Positions 26,782 through 40,300 of a stretch of 64,000 nt of DNA are shown here, piece after piece. A program made the position numbers and the translations under genes. Below the pieces are notes generated by a model. That model was not told the origin of the DNA, ran no database searches, and saw only the letters and a program-made list of their open reading frames with translations. This stretch comes from Eledone cirrhosa (Eukaryota), in assembly GCA_964016885.1 (NCBI GenBank), contig OZ024745.1:17980001-18044000 (forward strand), read 5' to 3'. Each line of letters begins with the position of its first letter. The first letter of the stretch is position 1.

Positions 26782-28460
26782 AAATATATCAAATTCTTAT
26801 ATATTATATGTAATTTTACTATGAATCAACATATTTAGTTTACAGAGTTATCGGTAGTGATAAGTATAGAATATTTCCCTTTTGTTTACTCCCTCAAATT
26901 TAATGGATGCACAATATTGCAGTACAATACCAGTATAAGAATAAACGTATAATCATGTTTATTAAGTCAAGCCGACATAGTAAATTTACTAAAATCATAT
27001 TAATGAATTGTTTTAAACGTACTTGCTTTAATGAGGTCGCTTCACATATTAAGGAAAGTGGGTTTCACTATATCTCAGATAGGACTAGACGCAGGCATGT
27101 CTCAGTTTTTAAGAAATGTGCACCCCAAACATGAGTTGGGGGACTAGTTGATCATCGAACTTCTGACACATCATCGTCAACACCGACTGAGAATCCATCA
27201 ATCATCCTCAATACATTTGAAATTGTTAGAGTAAATATTTTATACTCAGTGAATATTTGCCGTGATAGATTAATCCCAAAGAACAGCTTACCTACAAATC
27301 CATTTTCAAACAATATTTTAAACACGTTAATAAATATTTCTAAATATATTTATGACTATGACATTGAAATCTAAAATTATGTTGACGCTCTAATCACAAT
27401 ATAGTGAAATTGTATTCCTCTCTGGTCTTGAAAATAACTTTTCTGCAATTGAATTATTTTCTTTGTAAATAATGAAATTAGTTGGAGGCTAAATTGAAAT
27501 AATAACGAAAATATATTTGCCAAATAGATAGCTATGTTAATATTCAGCCTGTGTTTGACAATTGCCATATAAATGCATGCATTGTTATCCACAATCAGAA
27601 TATAAATTGCCATATATAAAAAGAATTATATTGTAATATTCTCTTTTGTTGGGTTTTAAACAGATTAGCGTGTTACTTAATCAGAAATTATATAAATTAT
27701 TTTCTAGTTATGTCAACATATTTTCAAATATAATTTGAAAAAATAAAGGACTATTTTATTTTCATTCCGTAAACGGGCAATCACGATAATTTAATTTTTG
27801 TCGTGTTCCCAAAATGATCTTAACATAAATTATGTATAAAAATACCCTAGATTTTCATGTTTCCGTTTTCTTCGGTTAAAACAGAATGAAGATATTAGAC
27901 AGTGTGATGCCATACCTGATGCAACGGATATTGCACACTATGTTCGGCGGCACCATTTTATCTGCATAGTGCAGCTGCGATATGCTGTCCAACAAAGTGT
28001 GTACAGTTAACAATCGCAAATACAACATAATGCAAATATCACTATATGTAGCATTATGTATCAAAGAAGTGTGATCAAAGAAGAACCACATGAAAACCAC
28101 AAAGATAGTTTTACTTTAGATGATATATAGCTTTCCTTCACCAACGATATTTATTTAAATACTTATTTACACACAAAAATCAAAATGATTAACATCTTCC
28201 CAGATACCTTTCTTAAATCAAGCGACAACTTATCACGTTTGATATGATTACCTAGGAAGCGTCCATAAACTTCTATAAGTGCCCTAAATTATTCAAACAT
28301 GGTGTTTTCCATTCTGGCATTAAGCATTATGGTAAATCTTGATTATTTTTTTTCTTTTAATCTTTTTACTTATACGCGGTATATAAACATATCACTTTTG
28401 TAATGTTTTGTAATAACTGAATATCATTATATACGTACAGGGCCAATACTGCCAATTCAC

Positions 28461-28639
28461 ATTGGCAGTATCGGTAGAGGGTCGGACGCCATGATTTCCA
28501 GCATAGTTACGTCCCGTTATGGTCTGAGTTGAAATCCTGTCAAGGTTAACTTTGCCTTTCATCCTTACGGGGTCGATAAAATAAAGTAACAGTAATGTAC
28601 TGGGTAATTGCTGGCCTTGTGCTCAAAGTAGAAACAATT
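28461..28639 (+). mobile_element. tRNA-derived SINE
   Basis: Same family; a 10-bp inverted copy of its 5' end precedes it. Confidence 0.82.
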
Positions 28640-29067
28640 ATATACAAATATAGCAATGATACATACTCCGTAAAACTAAATAAAGAAATTATTTGACACA
28701 TTTAATTGTAGAGTAATTGTTTCTAATGGATTACAATAAAATCTCTATGCACCTACATACACCTAGTATAACGCCGCCTTCGATCCATCATCTTGAAATA
28801 GTAGCCAGATGTGCATCAAGCGGTTACTACCTGTACTTAGAAAATCAGAACTTAGGTATACTATAATTCTAGATATAGTATCTTTTTTAATTTATTAAAT
28901 AAATACTATACCTAGAACGGATATTTATATATATATATATATTTGTAGTAAGGTTGCTGGATGCGTCCATAGGCAGTATGCCGGTTGATCACTCATTGCT
29001 TCTTCGGATCAGAGTATAATAATATGGAAAACGAAGAATCAGTGATGCATCGGAACACAATTCATTA

Positions 29068-29160
29068 ACGTATTACAATTGTTTCTCCAGCGAACAGCTC
29101 GAGGTGCGATCTATTTGTGGATCGACACTGACTCTGGATTCGCAAGTTCCTCCGATACGT
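29068..29160 (-). ncRNA. Type I hammerhead motif with long stem II in a PLE tail (28945-29190)
   Basis: acgtat-CGGAGGA-..tccag...ctgga-GAAA-caattg-TA-atacgt; U4G core change. Confidence 0.6.
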
Positions 29161-29204
29161 ATAGTGACTTCGAAGCAAAGCCTCTGTACATATATATATA
29201 TATA

Positions 29205-29923
29205 TACATGTCTCTCTTTCTCCACCCAATTCTTTTTATCCCAATAACTTATTGTTCGCGCTGGTCTGAGGTATCAGATCTTTAATGCGAAGAAATACCT
29301 ATGATGGCCAGAAGATCACTGATGATGGATAGTCCTGGCTTCTTGCTCTATTTTTTAATTCACATGTATCACTTTCGCAACAACGCAGTACGCCATTTTT
29401 CATTCCTATATTTTTCCCTTCGCTGTGTCTTGTCTTTTTCTCTTCCCTTACTGCTATCCTCTTTCTCTATCCACCTTCTCTCTCCTTGTATCTCTTACTT
29501 TCAATCACCCCCTCTGCTTGTCACCCTCTCTCAGCTAGCCACTTCCTCCCACTTTCACTCACTCACTCTCTACTACTCACCCTCTCTCACTTCCACCCGT
29601 CTGACCCGTGTGAAATTCTTTTCTCGCTCACATTTTTCATGGCTTGGATGCGTCTTTCGTCTTCTCATCAAAGATTCGCTAGATCTTATGTTCACATGTA
29701 TCACTGACGTGTTTTCTCATTTTCCACTCTTTACGTTGCCTCACCATTCTTGATTGTTTACATGTCTCTCTTTCTCCACCCAATTCTTTTTATCCCAATA
29801 ACTTATTTTAGTTATTGTTCGCGCTGGCCTTAGGTATCTCATCTTCAATGCGAAGAAATACCTATGATGGCCAGAAGATTACTGATGATGGATAGTCCTG
29901 GTTTCTGCCTCTATTTTCTTATT

Positions 29924-29926
<3 letters not shown>
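29205..29926 (+). mobile_element. Non-coding partially tandem element (~560-nt unit, ~150-bp direct repeats), retrozyme-like
   Basis: 29205-29354 resembles 29759-29917; flanked by (TA)n on both sides; homologous to 23142-23815. Confidence 0.75.
29255..29325 (+). ncRNA. 71-nt structured RNA motif with permuted hammerhead core words (second copy at 29818-29888)
   Basis: Same architecture as 23194-23264. Confidence 0.65.
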
Positions 29927-29954
<28 letters not shown>

Positions 29955-29963
29955 GGAGGGGGT

Positions 29964-30152
<189 letters not shown>

Positions 30153-31091
30153 CAAAGTGCGCACGTCTAAGACATTTTCTTTTCGATAATTTTATCACAT
30201 CTAGCTTTAGTGGCCTGAGATTCTACTTGTAATCATATATCCTATTCGACAATGCAACGTGTTGAGTAGTGAATGGGTGTATAAGCCAGTTCCTTTAATG
30301 TTTGAGAGAGAGAGAGTTAATAATCAAAAGTATTTGAGTTGTTTGTCCTGGGAGTGCCATACATTTCCCTGAAGCATCATTGAATTAGAATTTTTTCTAA
30401 TATCTCTCAGGCCACGTGGGAACATTTTTAATAGTTCTGATGAGATCCTTATAATAATAATAATAATATTTTTTCTCTCTTCAGGAATCGAGAAAGTACA
30501 AAAGAGGCGCTGAAATGACAAATAATAATGAAGAAAATTCTGAAAAAAGAAGCAACAATAGAAACAGAGAAATAGCTGAAATATATATTAAAACGTCTCC
30601 AGAATTCTCTGCTAAAACTTTAGCAGGAAAATAATTCCTATATAGTTAATACGCGGAAAAACTAAATAGAGAGGTTGTAGACGACGGAATTACACAACAG
30701 TGACTAAAATGTGTTCATTACGAAACAGAACAGAGTAAATAAAGAATATAAAGAGATGGAAAATAGAAATTGTCCATGATGTTTTTGTATACCCAGTCTT
30801 AAACAAAAAGGAATATATAGTGCTGGGTTTACATTCAGTGGAATCTATGCCATCATTATGGAATATGAATTCACACAATGCAAATGCACGTTCCTCCTCG
30901 TTGCCTCTTCGTCTTCTCCGACTTCATCCCGTAACACCTGAGGGAGTTGAGGGGCCACTGTCTGTATTGACATGATTCGTTTCTAGGGTATTTTATACCT
31001 GGTGGAGCCCATCTTCTCTCCAGGTCTAATTACAGCAGATTTCTTCCAGAGATTAATAGATATTGGGATAATGAAAATCAGAAAATGATAA

Positions 31092-31242
31092 ATAATCGAC
31101 CCAGTACTAGACTAGTACATTTTATAGACAGCAAATGATTGAAAGGCAAAGGTGACCTCAGCATGATTTGAACTCAGAAAGCTGAAACATATATCACAAA
31201 CCATTCTAATCGACGTTCTAGTGACTCCGCCAATTCACCACC
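31092..31242 (-). mobile_element. Degenerate SINE
   Basis: gaaaggcaaaggtgacctc..gatttgaactcag is the reverse complement of the SINE core and B-box. Confidence 0.6.
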
Positions 31243-31618
31243 ATATATACACATACTTCCACATACACAAACACCAACACTCACTGGCACTGGCACTGGC
31301 ACTAATGCTCAAATATAAACAATACTTCTGTTTCTTAATTAATCTCTCGTCCTTGAGTGCCCAATATAAACGTTCTCCTACTTCCACTCAGTCAGCGGCT
31401 ACTATATAAATATTCGTCACCCTCGGGTTCGAAGCCTAGATTTTGTTTTCCATTCTATTCATATTATTTCCCACACTTTCCAAATAAGGATTGGTTTAGA
31501 AAATAAATATTTTGCACTTATCCTTGAACGTCATAGTTAAAATATCATTTGTTGTTGTTTTGCTTCGGTCATTTGTTTTTATTTATTTCATTATTATTTT
31601 TATAAATATATAAGTTCG

Positions 31619-31755
31619 TGTGATTTGGCAGGATTGTTAGATTGTCGGATTGTTATTTGATCCGTTTCTTTGGTTTCTGAGTTCAAATCCTGTTGAGGTC
31701 AACATATGCATTTCTGTGTTTCGAGGTCGATAAAAAACTACAGAAGTATTGGTAT
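31619..31755 (+). mobile_element. Degenerate SINE
   Basis: ttggcaggattgttag..ctgagttcaaatcc..gaggtcgataaa. Confidence 0.6.
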
Positions 31756-32071
31756 CGCTTCTTCACCTACATCTTTTACTCACTTTTCACGCTCTCTCTC
31801 GCCCTCTCTCTCACTCTCTCGCTCTCTCTCTCTCTCGCCCCCCCCTCTCTCTCGCCCCCCCCCCCCCTCTCTCTCTTGCTGTCTTTCTCTCTTTTTCTCT
31901 CATTGTTTGTTTCCTTCCTTATTTGCTACAAAACGCCGGCTGTAATCAGATGTGGAGACTATTCTGCTCCGTCAGGTTTAAATGCTCAATACTCCTCGAT
32001 AACGTATCTCACAATGACACCCGTACGATTCCATAAAGTTTTACGGTTCAATACCGATAAATAATATAGAT

Positions 32072-32361
32072 ATGTCTTTCATTCACACAGGGTCAATAAG
32101 ATAAATTACCCCTAACGATTAGGGATCGATTTAATTTACATTCCCTCGCCCCAAATTGTTGGCCTAGTGCCTAAATCAGAAACCATTGGGCGCTGGAGGG
32201 TCGGACGCCATGCTTTGCAGCAAAGAGTTACGTCCCTTTATGGTCTGAGTTCAAATCCCGTCGAGGTTAACTTTGCCTCTCATCCTTACTGGGTCGATAT
32301 AATCAAGCACCAGTAATACACTGGAATAATTGCTGACCTTGTGCCAAATATAGAAACAATT
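32072..32361 (+). mobile_element. Two tandem SINEs (3' part at 32072-32187, near-full copy at 32189-32361)
   Basis: Both match the SINE core and tail. Confidence 0.78.
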
Positions 32362-33899
32362 ATTATATCTAAACAATTTGAATATTGTTTAAAAGTATGC
32401 AAAAGTATAAACTCTCTAAGATGCTGTGGAGTACCTGAAAATCATTTATATTGATAATGTTTCACACTTGATAATCGAATTAAATAAAATCTCGAATGAC
32501 GTTTACATGATATTCCCTTGGGAAGCGTGTCTTTCCTGTTAATTTATTAAGAAATGCATGATGTAGAATCGTGTGTAGTTTCCTTAAGCCCATAGGTAAT
32601 TCACTAACGAACAGCATGTGAATGTTTTTAATTAATCAAATATATAAATCTGTCATAGCTAAATAAGAAAACAATTATGCCAAAAGCATAAAACATTCCA
32701 GACAACAACCCTTCCTACATGACGATTTAAATTAGATTAAAAGTAGGATAAGTTAAAGCGGTTTCTTTTCGCTTCTTTTTCCTCATATTTATCTATTTAC
32801 AATCATTAATTAATGTTATGATAAAAAAAGCATTTCATGTACAATCTTGTATGTTTCGGGGCAAATAAGAAACGTAAGCAAATATACGTGTAAATAATGT
32901 TGTTTTGATACTCTCAAAATATATAGAATGTATAGAAAACTAAATCAGGCAATCATTTAATGTAATGAATCCAAATGTATAAACGTAAGTAACTATCTTT
33001 ATAAATCCATTTATTGATATAGAGATAGATACGGCTGCACATATGTTTATGTGTCAGTAACATTATATAATTTCTAATTAGAAGATCACTAAACATAGAA
33101 ATATATTCATACATACATCCAAACATACATACATACACACACATACACATACATATACATATGCATATATACCCCCCCCACCCCACCTCACCCCACCCCA
33201 CACACACACATACCCATATATATATATATGTATGTATGTGTGTATGTATACATGTTTGTATATAAAAGCATATATATATGTATAGAAAACAGATGAAAGT
33301 CTTGCCATGATCATGTCACAGCTATCTCACCACTCACCAGTTTCTGGATTATTACTTCTCAAATGTGAAATTTAGTCACACTGTACTCAGACAATAATTT
33401 GACATTTCGCAGAAATATTTAAATGAACAACTAAAACATAACTTTTGATGTATATTGATACGTTGAACTTATTCAAAACAGACTGACATTAAAAAACCAG
33501 CCATCGGAGAGGTATCTGACAAATAATTATGGAATTAAATCAGACAAGGATATCACACAACAGAATGACTTATGAAAATTATTTAGTGAGACAATTTGGG
33601 GATATAGAATTTAAAACAATAGTCTCCAACCTGCATCAGCTAAAACAATTCCCATCCACAGCTGGAAAATTAAATCATATCTCCGTAACATATAAATTAG
33701 AAATGGAGAATATAACGTTTGCCAGAAATCCCAATAAATCAATCGTAATTTCAATGTAAAAGACTAAATATATGTAAAAGACAGAACGTTTAGTTAGGAA
33801 CTACTGAAGACATGTATCGGATAGAAGCGACTAGTTCAATATAAAAGATGTATAACGGGAAGAACTAATGTATTAATTGTCCCATGTTCAACAAACACA

Positions 33900-34295
33900 A
33901 TACTCGTTAGCCGGTGCATTACTATGACCGACTCTAAACAAAATGTCGTAAAGGAAACCCCCTGGACCAGACATCATTACAAGCTATTGAGTTCAGAAAC
34001 TCATGTTATTAGTCATATCTCATATAGTTGCATGACGAAGGTATCAACGGTACACATGGATTACCCTCAATGACTATCAAATGACATTACTCTCTTCATC
34101 CTCAAAATGTCCAGACATCCCCTGCTAAAACGTTAATACCTAATATTGTGCCAAACATCATGTACAATCTATAATCGGGTTGTGCCAAGAACATGGTGAT
34201 ACCTGAACAGGCTGGAGGAATGAAAGAAATGTGGAGCTATTTAGAGCAGCTACTGATGAAAAGCAGTGTTCGTTGGACAACTAGTAAGCTTTTGA
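33900..34295 (+). pseudogene. Decayed R4/Dong-like LINE RT fragment
   Basis: KPPGPDII..., P.*LS..IT, and EQAGG.KE.WS.LEQLL motifs, with stops. Confidence 0.45.
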
Positions 34296-34961
34296 TAATA
34301 TAACACATGGATGAACTCTCAGGGACTACATTTAGTTAAAGTCCCACAGCGATTAGTAAATTGTATCCAATTCAAATGATTCCATAAACTGTGAAAAAGG
34401 CCTGTTGCTAGGCGTTAGATAGTCAGTGTTGCGTTTCGTCTGCTCTGTAAACTATTTATATCTTCTCACAAAACATAGTGGTGATCGACATAGATCCAGA
34501 AGTATCCCTTATCTGTTTCGTCGAAAAACATTGGCCCTCGTTTCACATGATCTTTCAGAAAATGGTATAAAATTTGATGAGTCAAAAATCGTATTGAAAA
34601 TCAAATTGAAACATGAAAATACAAGCTGCCGAATATTGTTGTTTCAAACCATACATGAAAAACATGATTTGTAGAAGTCAGCTGCCTACTTGATGTTAAT
34701 GCAATAAGAATAATACAGGAGCCTGTTAATGCAGATCCAATACAACAGATGCACGTTTATGCTTCATACCTATTATTATGGGAGCTATAGGCTATATTAG
34801 CATAAGCTGCAAACGACCACGATATATGTAAACTTCAAAATCTGTGAACTATTCTGAAGATTTAAATAAAGAACGATCGCTCAAGGAAATGTTCTTTTCC
34901 TTACAAACTTTCCACCGGGAAGGTGGTCGGTCAAACGTAAATTGAAAATCAAGAGAGACAA

Positions 34962-35058
34962 TACATACATACATACTTATATACATACATACATACATAC
35001 ATACATACATACATACATACATACATACATACATACATACATACATACATACATACAT
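34962..35058. repeat. (CATA)n microsatellite
   Basis: Tandem tetranucleotide. Confidence 0.95.
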
Positions 35059-35409
35059 AAAGTTGGGAGCAGTATGAATGGTTATTGCTAATATTTCCTT
35101 TAGGGAAATGTTCTTTCCGGTGGCAGATGTAAATATGGTCATTCCCTCTTTGAAACCTGGCACTGATTAAGAATGAATATTTAATGATTAATCGCTTCAT
35201 TCATTCGCTGATATCTTATTTGAAATATGGTTATCAGCTTAAGTACAAGACACAGCCAAATATTAAATCGCATACACAAGTATTCATTATTGACAGCTGA
35301 CGATATTTGATTCATCTCTGCAATTCATGTAGATTATTGTTGAAATGATTTCAATAAAATCGAAGCTTGATTTCGTACATACACACTGACACAAGCGCAC
35401 ACACAAACT

Positions 35410-35496
<87 letters not shown>

Positions 35497-35608
35497 TGAG
35501 AGAGAGAGAGGGAGAGATAGAGAGAGAGAGCGATACATATATATATATGTATATATTATAAAATGACAGGAGGCTGGACGGGTGTAATTCCAACAAACTT
35601 AAATATCT

Positions 35609-35646
<38 letters not shown>

Positions 35647-35650
<4 letters not shown>

Positions 35651-37036
35651 GTGGAACACTGGAAGGTAATATCCGTAGTGGTAGAGCACTCAGTCCAAGG
35701 GACGAGTTAGGTAGAAGTGGTTACTCAACAGTTAGTTCACCATACCGAGAACAATTGTTTAACCTTCGCGGATCTTCAGTTCGCGATGTGTATGGTTATA
35801 GGAACAGGAAAGACAACCGTACGAACGCGCATGCGCAGAAACTCGGTCACTTCACACAGGCAATACTAGACTGCGTGCGGGAGGTGTCAGGGAGATAACT
35901 GCGAATGTCCGGAAAGTTTTTAGGTTGGAAATAAAATAAAAAGAATTAAAAATAAAATTACAAAGAATCAGTCCGGAGCCTTGTAGTTATGCAATAGATG
36001 TTTGGTGACGTGTGGACAACGTGTGAAAAATTCACTTCTCGTGTTTAAGCAATCACTATTGCGTAATCTCTTTAGGATAGTTATTCGTTCGTCAATACAT
36101 AAGCCACACGTCGGTTTCCACTTGCGTATGGTTGGGTCTTACTGATGGCTTTCCATTGAATGGAGTAGCCTATACTTGTGTCCTTGAGGGACCATACGTG
36201 GCTCGCGAATTTTGTGGATTAACGTCTGTCCGGGTATCTGAAGGTAGACTGGTGGTTCAGGAAACGCTCCTTGAATCGGCATTCCGCCTAGCCCACATAT
36301 GGTTCGTTTGGTCGGTTGGAAGTGACCACAGCTTCATAGATTACAGCTGGTGTGCTGCATTGCTGTTGAAGGGGGCAAGCTTCAGGCTTACGGCAAGAGC
36401 ACCCTGGTGGGGTGTTGCTCCTAGGGCTGCTGATGTTGTGGGCCTTCAAATCCTATGTGGGCATAGCGGAGGGCCGATTCAAGGAGCGTTTCCTGAACCA
36501 CCAGTCTACCTTCAGATACCCGGACAGACGTTCATCCACGAAACTCGCGAGCCACGTATGGTCCCTCAAGGACTCAAGTATAGGCTACTCCATTCAATGA
36601 AAAGCCATCCGCAAGCCATACGCAAGGGGAAATCCGACGTGTGGCTTATGTATTCACGAACGAATAACTATCCTAAGGAGATTACGCAATAGTGATTGCC
36701 TAAACACGAGCAGTCAATTTTTCACACGTTGTCCACACGTCACCAAACATCTATTGCATAACTACAAGGCTCCGGACTGATTCTTTGTAATTTTATTTTT
36801 AATTCTTTTTATTTTATTTTCAAACTAAAAACTTTCCGGACATTCGCAGTTATCTCCCTTACACCTCACGCGCGCAGTCTAGTATTGCCTGTGTGAAGTG
36901 ACCGAGTTTCTGCGCATGCGCGTTCGTACGGTTGTCCTTCCTGTTCCTATAAGCATACACATCCCGAGCTGAAGAACCGTGAGGGTGAAACAATTGTTCT
37001 CGGTATGGTGAACTAACTGTTGTGTAACCACTTCTA
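35647..37036. mobile_element. Inverted (fold-back) Naiad 3' fragment: arms 35712-36299 and 36454-37036, each with GIY-YIG C-terminus and UTR
   Basis: YVGIAEGRFKERFLNHQSTF..STKLASHVWSLK on +; the spacer encodes CRKPEACP..VIYEAVV on -; (TA)n on both flanks. Confidence 0.88.
36964..37003 (+). ncRNA. Minimal type I hammerhead ribozyme, intact core (mutated mirror copy at 35745-35784, - strand)
   Basis: ccgag-CTGAAGA-acc(gtgag)ggt-GAAA-caattg-TT-ctcgg. Confidence 0.85.
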
Positions 37037-37049
37037 TATATATATATTT

Positions 37050-37186
<137 letters not shown>

Positions 37187-37391
37187 AAAAGTAAACAAAA
37201 ATAACAACACAATCAGTACAGTATATGGAAGGCATATATTAGGTTAACGCTTGAAATAGCCTCAAAATTTGTTGGATTTTTCATTGGAGTTTCACCCCGA
37301 AACTGGATACCATCCCACAGTTCACCTGAACTTCCACAAGCAAATCTTTCATATCATTGAAATTGTCTCTGCTTCTACGTATATATCTCTA

Positions 37392-40300
37392 TCTATATAT
37401 ATATAAAACTGAAGATGTCTGTCTGTGCGTGTGTATGATGTTTATGCATTTCCACATGTCTCTACCGATTTTGATGGGGTTTTTTCCAATGTGCTCCAAA
37501 TTTACTGACGATGGTCAACGCGATACAAACTTTGCCAAAGATTTCCTGCTTCTATGAAAAAAATCTATAAAACTAAATACATGCTCTAACTCTCTCTTGC
37601 CACCTCAACTGCTGCGTCACGTGCTGGTGAGGACGAAGGGCAGCGTTCCAGACGCCGACGTACGGACGCCGCTACTTGAATCTCACCAAAGATATTATAT
37701 TTTCTTGTCCTTTTTGTAATTATATTTTTCTTTCTTTTTAGTAATATGAGAAAAGAAAATAATATAAATATTCTGATTAAAAAAAATAGCGAAAAAACTT
37801 TTTTCAACAAAGTATGATTTTGATGATTTTTTTTCCAGTGTGCTCCAAATTATCGCCCCTGTTTACGCTCTTTTGTGCTATAACTCAGGCGTGCTTGGCT
37901 TACAGGCTTGACCTACTATTTGACGTGCATTCTTGCTACAACTTACTTAGTACTCAATTTCCACTTATTCACTGTTCAATTGAAATTTTTCGCTACCCCC
38001 TTTTTTGCTCCATTACCTGCATAAATATTTACGTGTTCAGTTTAATTAGTACTTCTTGTTTCCCTTTTTAAACTTACTTTTAAAATATACATTGATACTA
38101 CGGTCATGCCACCCAAGAAAAGACCACGACTTAGTCGCCAAACTAAAGCTGCTTCTGTTGACAAACGAAGAAGAGCTACAGAGTCGTCCCTCGAGAATTT
38201 GACTCGGTTGTAACAAAATGCAACTCGAAATGCAATTTCCCGGTCAACCGAGACAGAAAAACAGAGGAGCATTCGGCTTTCTGGGAATGCATTTCTAACT
38301 GCAGTTGCACGTGCAGCGCAAACTGATGAACAATATTCTCGACGACGAAGCAAACATGCTGCCTCCACTGCTGCGGCGCGTGCTGGTGAGAACGAAGAAC
38401 AGCGTTCTAGACGACGAGGAAAAGATGCCGCCTCAACTGCTGCGTCACGTGCTGGTGAAGACGAAGGACAGCGTTCCTGACTCCGACGTACGGAGTCCGC
38501 TTCAACCGTTTCTGCGCGCGCGTCAGAGACTGCGCAAATTCGATTACACAGACCAAACGCCAATGCACTCTGCAGGAGTGCTCAACGATGTACTCCGAGG
38601 ATCTGTTGTACTCAGTGGTCTCATAAGGCTTTCCACTATGGCCCTACATTTATCTATGCACTGCTGCCAATTGAAATTGTCAAAACTTATTGAACTCATA
38701 CAATCAGGTAGGGCCTTTTGACATGTTAGGTGCTACGTATACACCGTTGAGTAGCAAAAGAGAGGCCTCCCACACGCCCACATGCTCATTTGGCTAATAA
38801 CGAAAATCAACGCCAGCAGCATTGACAGCATTATTTCAGCAGAAATACCCGACTCGAAATTGGACAGAGAACTCCTCAACATCGTCACTGCTCACATGGT
38901 TCACGGGCCATGCGGAAACGGTTTCAACATGATTTCGCCATGCTTTAAAGAAAGAAGGTGCACTAAGAGGTATCCAAGGCAATTCCTCCGAGAAACTCGG
39001 ACAGGTGGTGACGGTTACACATTATACCGCCGTAGGGAGCCAGAGGACGGAGGACTTGTTGCGAAAACCTCAAATCATCACGTCGACAACCGGTGGATTG
39101 TACCCCACTGCCGACTTCTGTTTAAAATGTTTAACACCCACATTAACGTTGAATACTGCCACTCCGTCAAATCAATAAAGTACGTCTGCAAGTACATCAA
39201 TAAGGGGTCCGATACTGCGTGTTTCGGTCTTACAATGGAGAACAGCCGAGACGAAATCACTCGATGCCAGGTCGGCTGATACATCAGCAGCAATGAAGCG
39301 TTCTGGCAATTCTTCCACTCTGCAATACACCATAACTACCCCCCAATCAAACAGTTGGGGGGTGCACCTCGAAAACGTTCAAATAGTCTACTTCACCCCC
39401 TCCACCGCTGCTGAGATAGCAGAGGAACCCAAGGACACCACACTTACGGGTTTTTTAAGTTATGCCGAAAGGATCCCTTCGCCAAGACCCACTTCTACTC
39501 TCATGCGCCATCATACTACACTTGGAACACAGACAACAGAATTTGGTTAAGAAGGGTGAAAGGACAACCCGTCGAGGGACATCCAGACATTAAAATCTCC
39601 CCTAACCTTGGGAAAGTCTACACAATTCATCCTAACCAACAGGAATGCTTTTATCTCCGACTTCTACTGCATGAGGTGGTAGGACCGACATCTTTTGACG
39701 ATCTGAAAACAATCAACTGAGAGGTTTGTACTTCATTCCGCGCAGCCTGCTTTAGACGGGGTCTACTGGAAGATGGCGCTCAGTGGGATTCAACATTGGC
39801 GGAGGCAGCTAAATTTACGCTCAGCGTGAAGTTTTCGACAACACTTTGCGGTGCTACTACATACATGCGTGCTAAGCGACCCTGTATCCTTATGGGAGAA
39901 ATACAAAGAGGACCTTTCCGATGACTACATACACCAAGGACAACTGCTACTCCCTCATTCCGGCGTACGACTCAGCGACGAATTCTTCATCAAAGCTCTC
40001 ATTGACATCGAGAACAAAATCCTAACTGGCGGCGGAAATGGCCTTCCATTCTATGGATTGCCAAAGGTTCAGCGAACGGGCTTGGACAAACTTCCGACGG
40101 GCATAATTCAGGAAACTGCCTACGACGTCGACGCCCTCGAACTGTTCATCAACGAAAACGACCCGAAATTGTTGCAGGACCAACGGCAGGCGTATGACAC
40201 AGTTTGCACTTCCATCCTTCAACGCACAGGGGGTATCTCCTTTTTGGACGCCCCAGGAAGAACTGGTAAAACATTCGTCACTAAAATCCTCCTCGCCAGC

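Noticed and set aside
38042-38721. 173-aa (-) and 138-aa (+) ORFs as host genes
   Set aside because: Antisense and off-frame shadows of the GC-rich Helitron N-terminal repeats.
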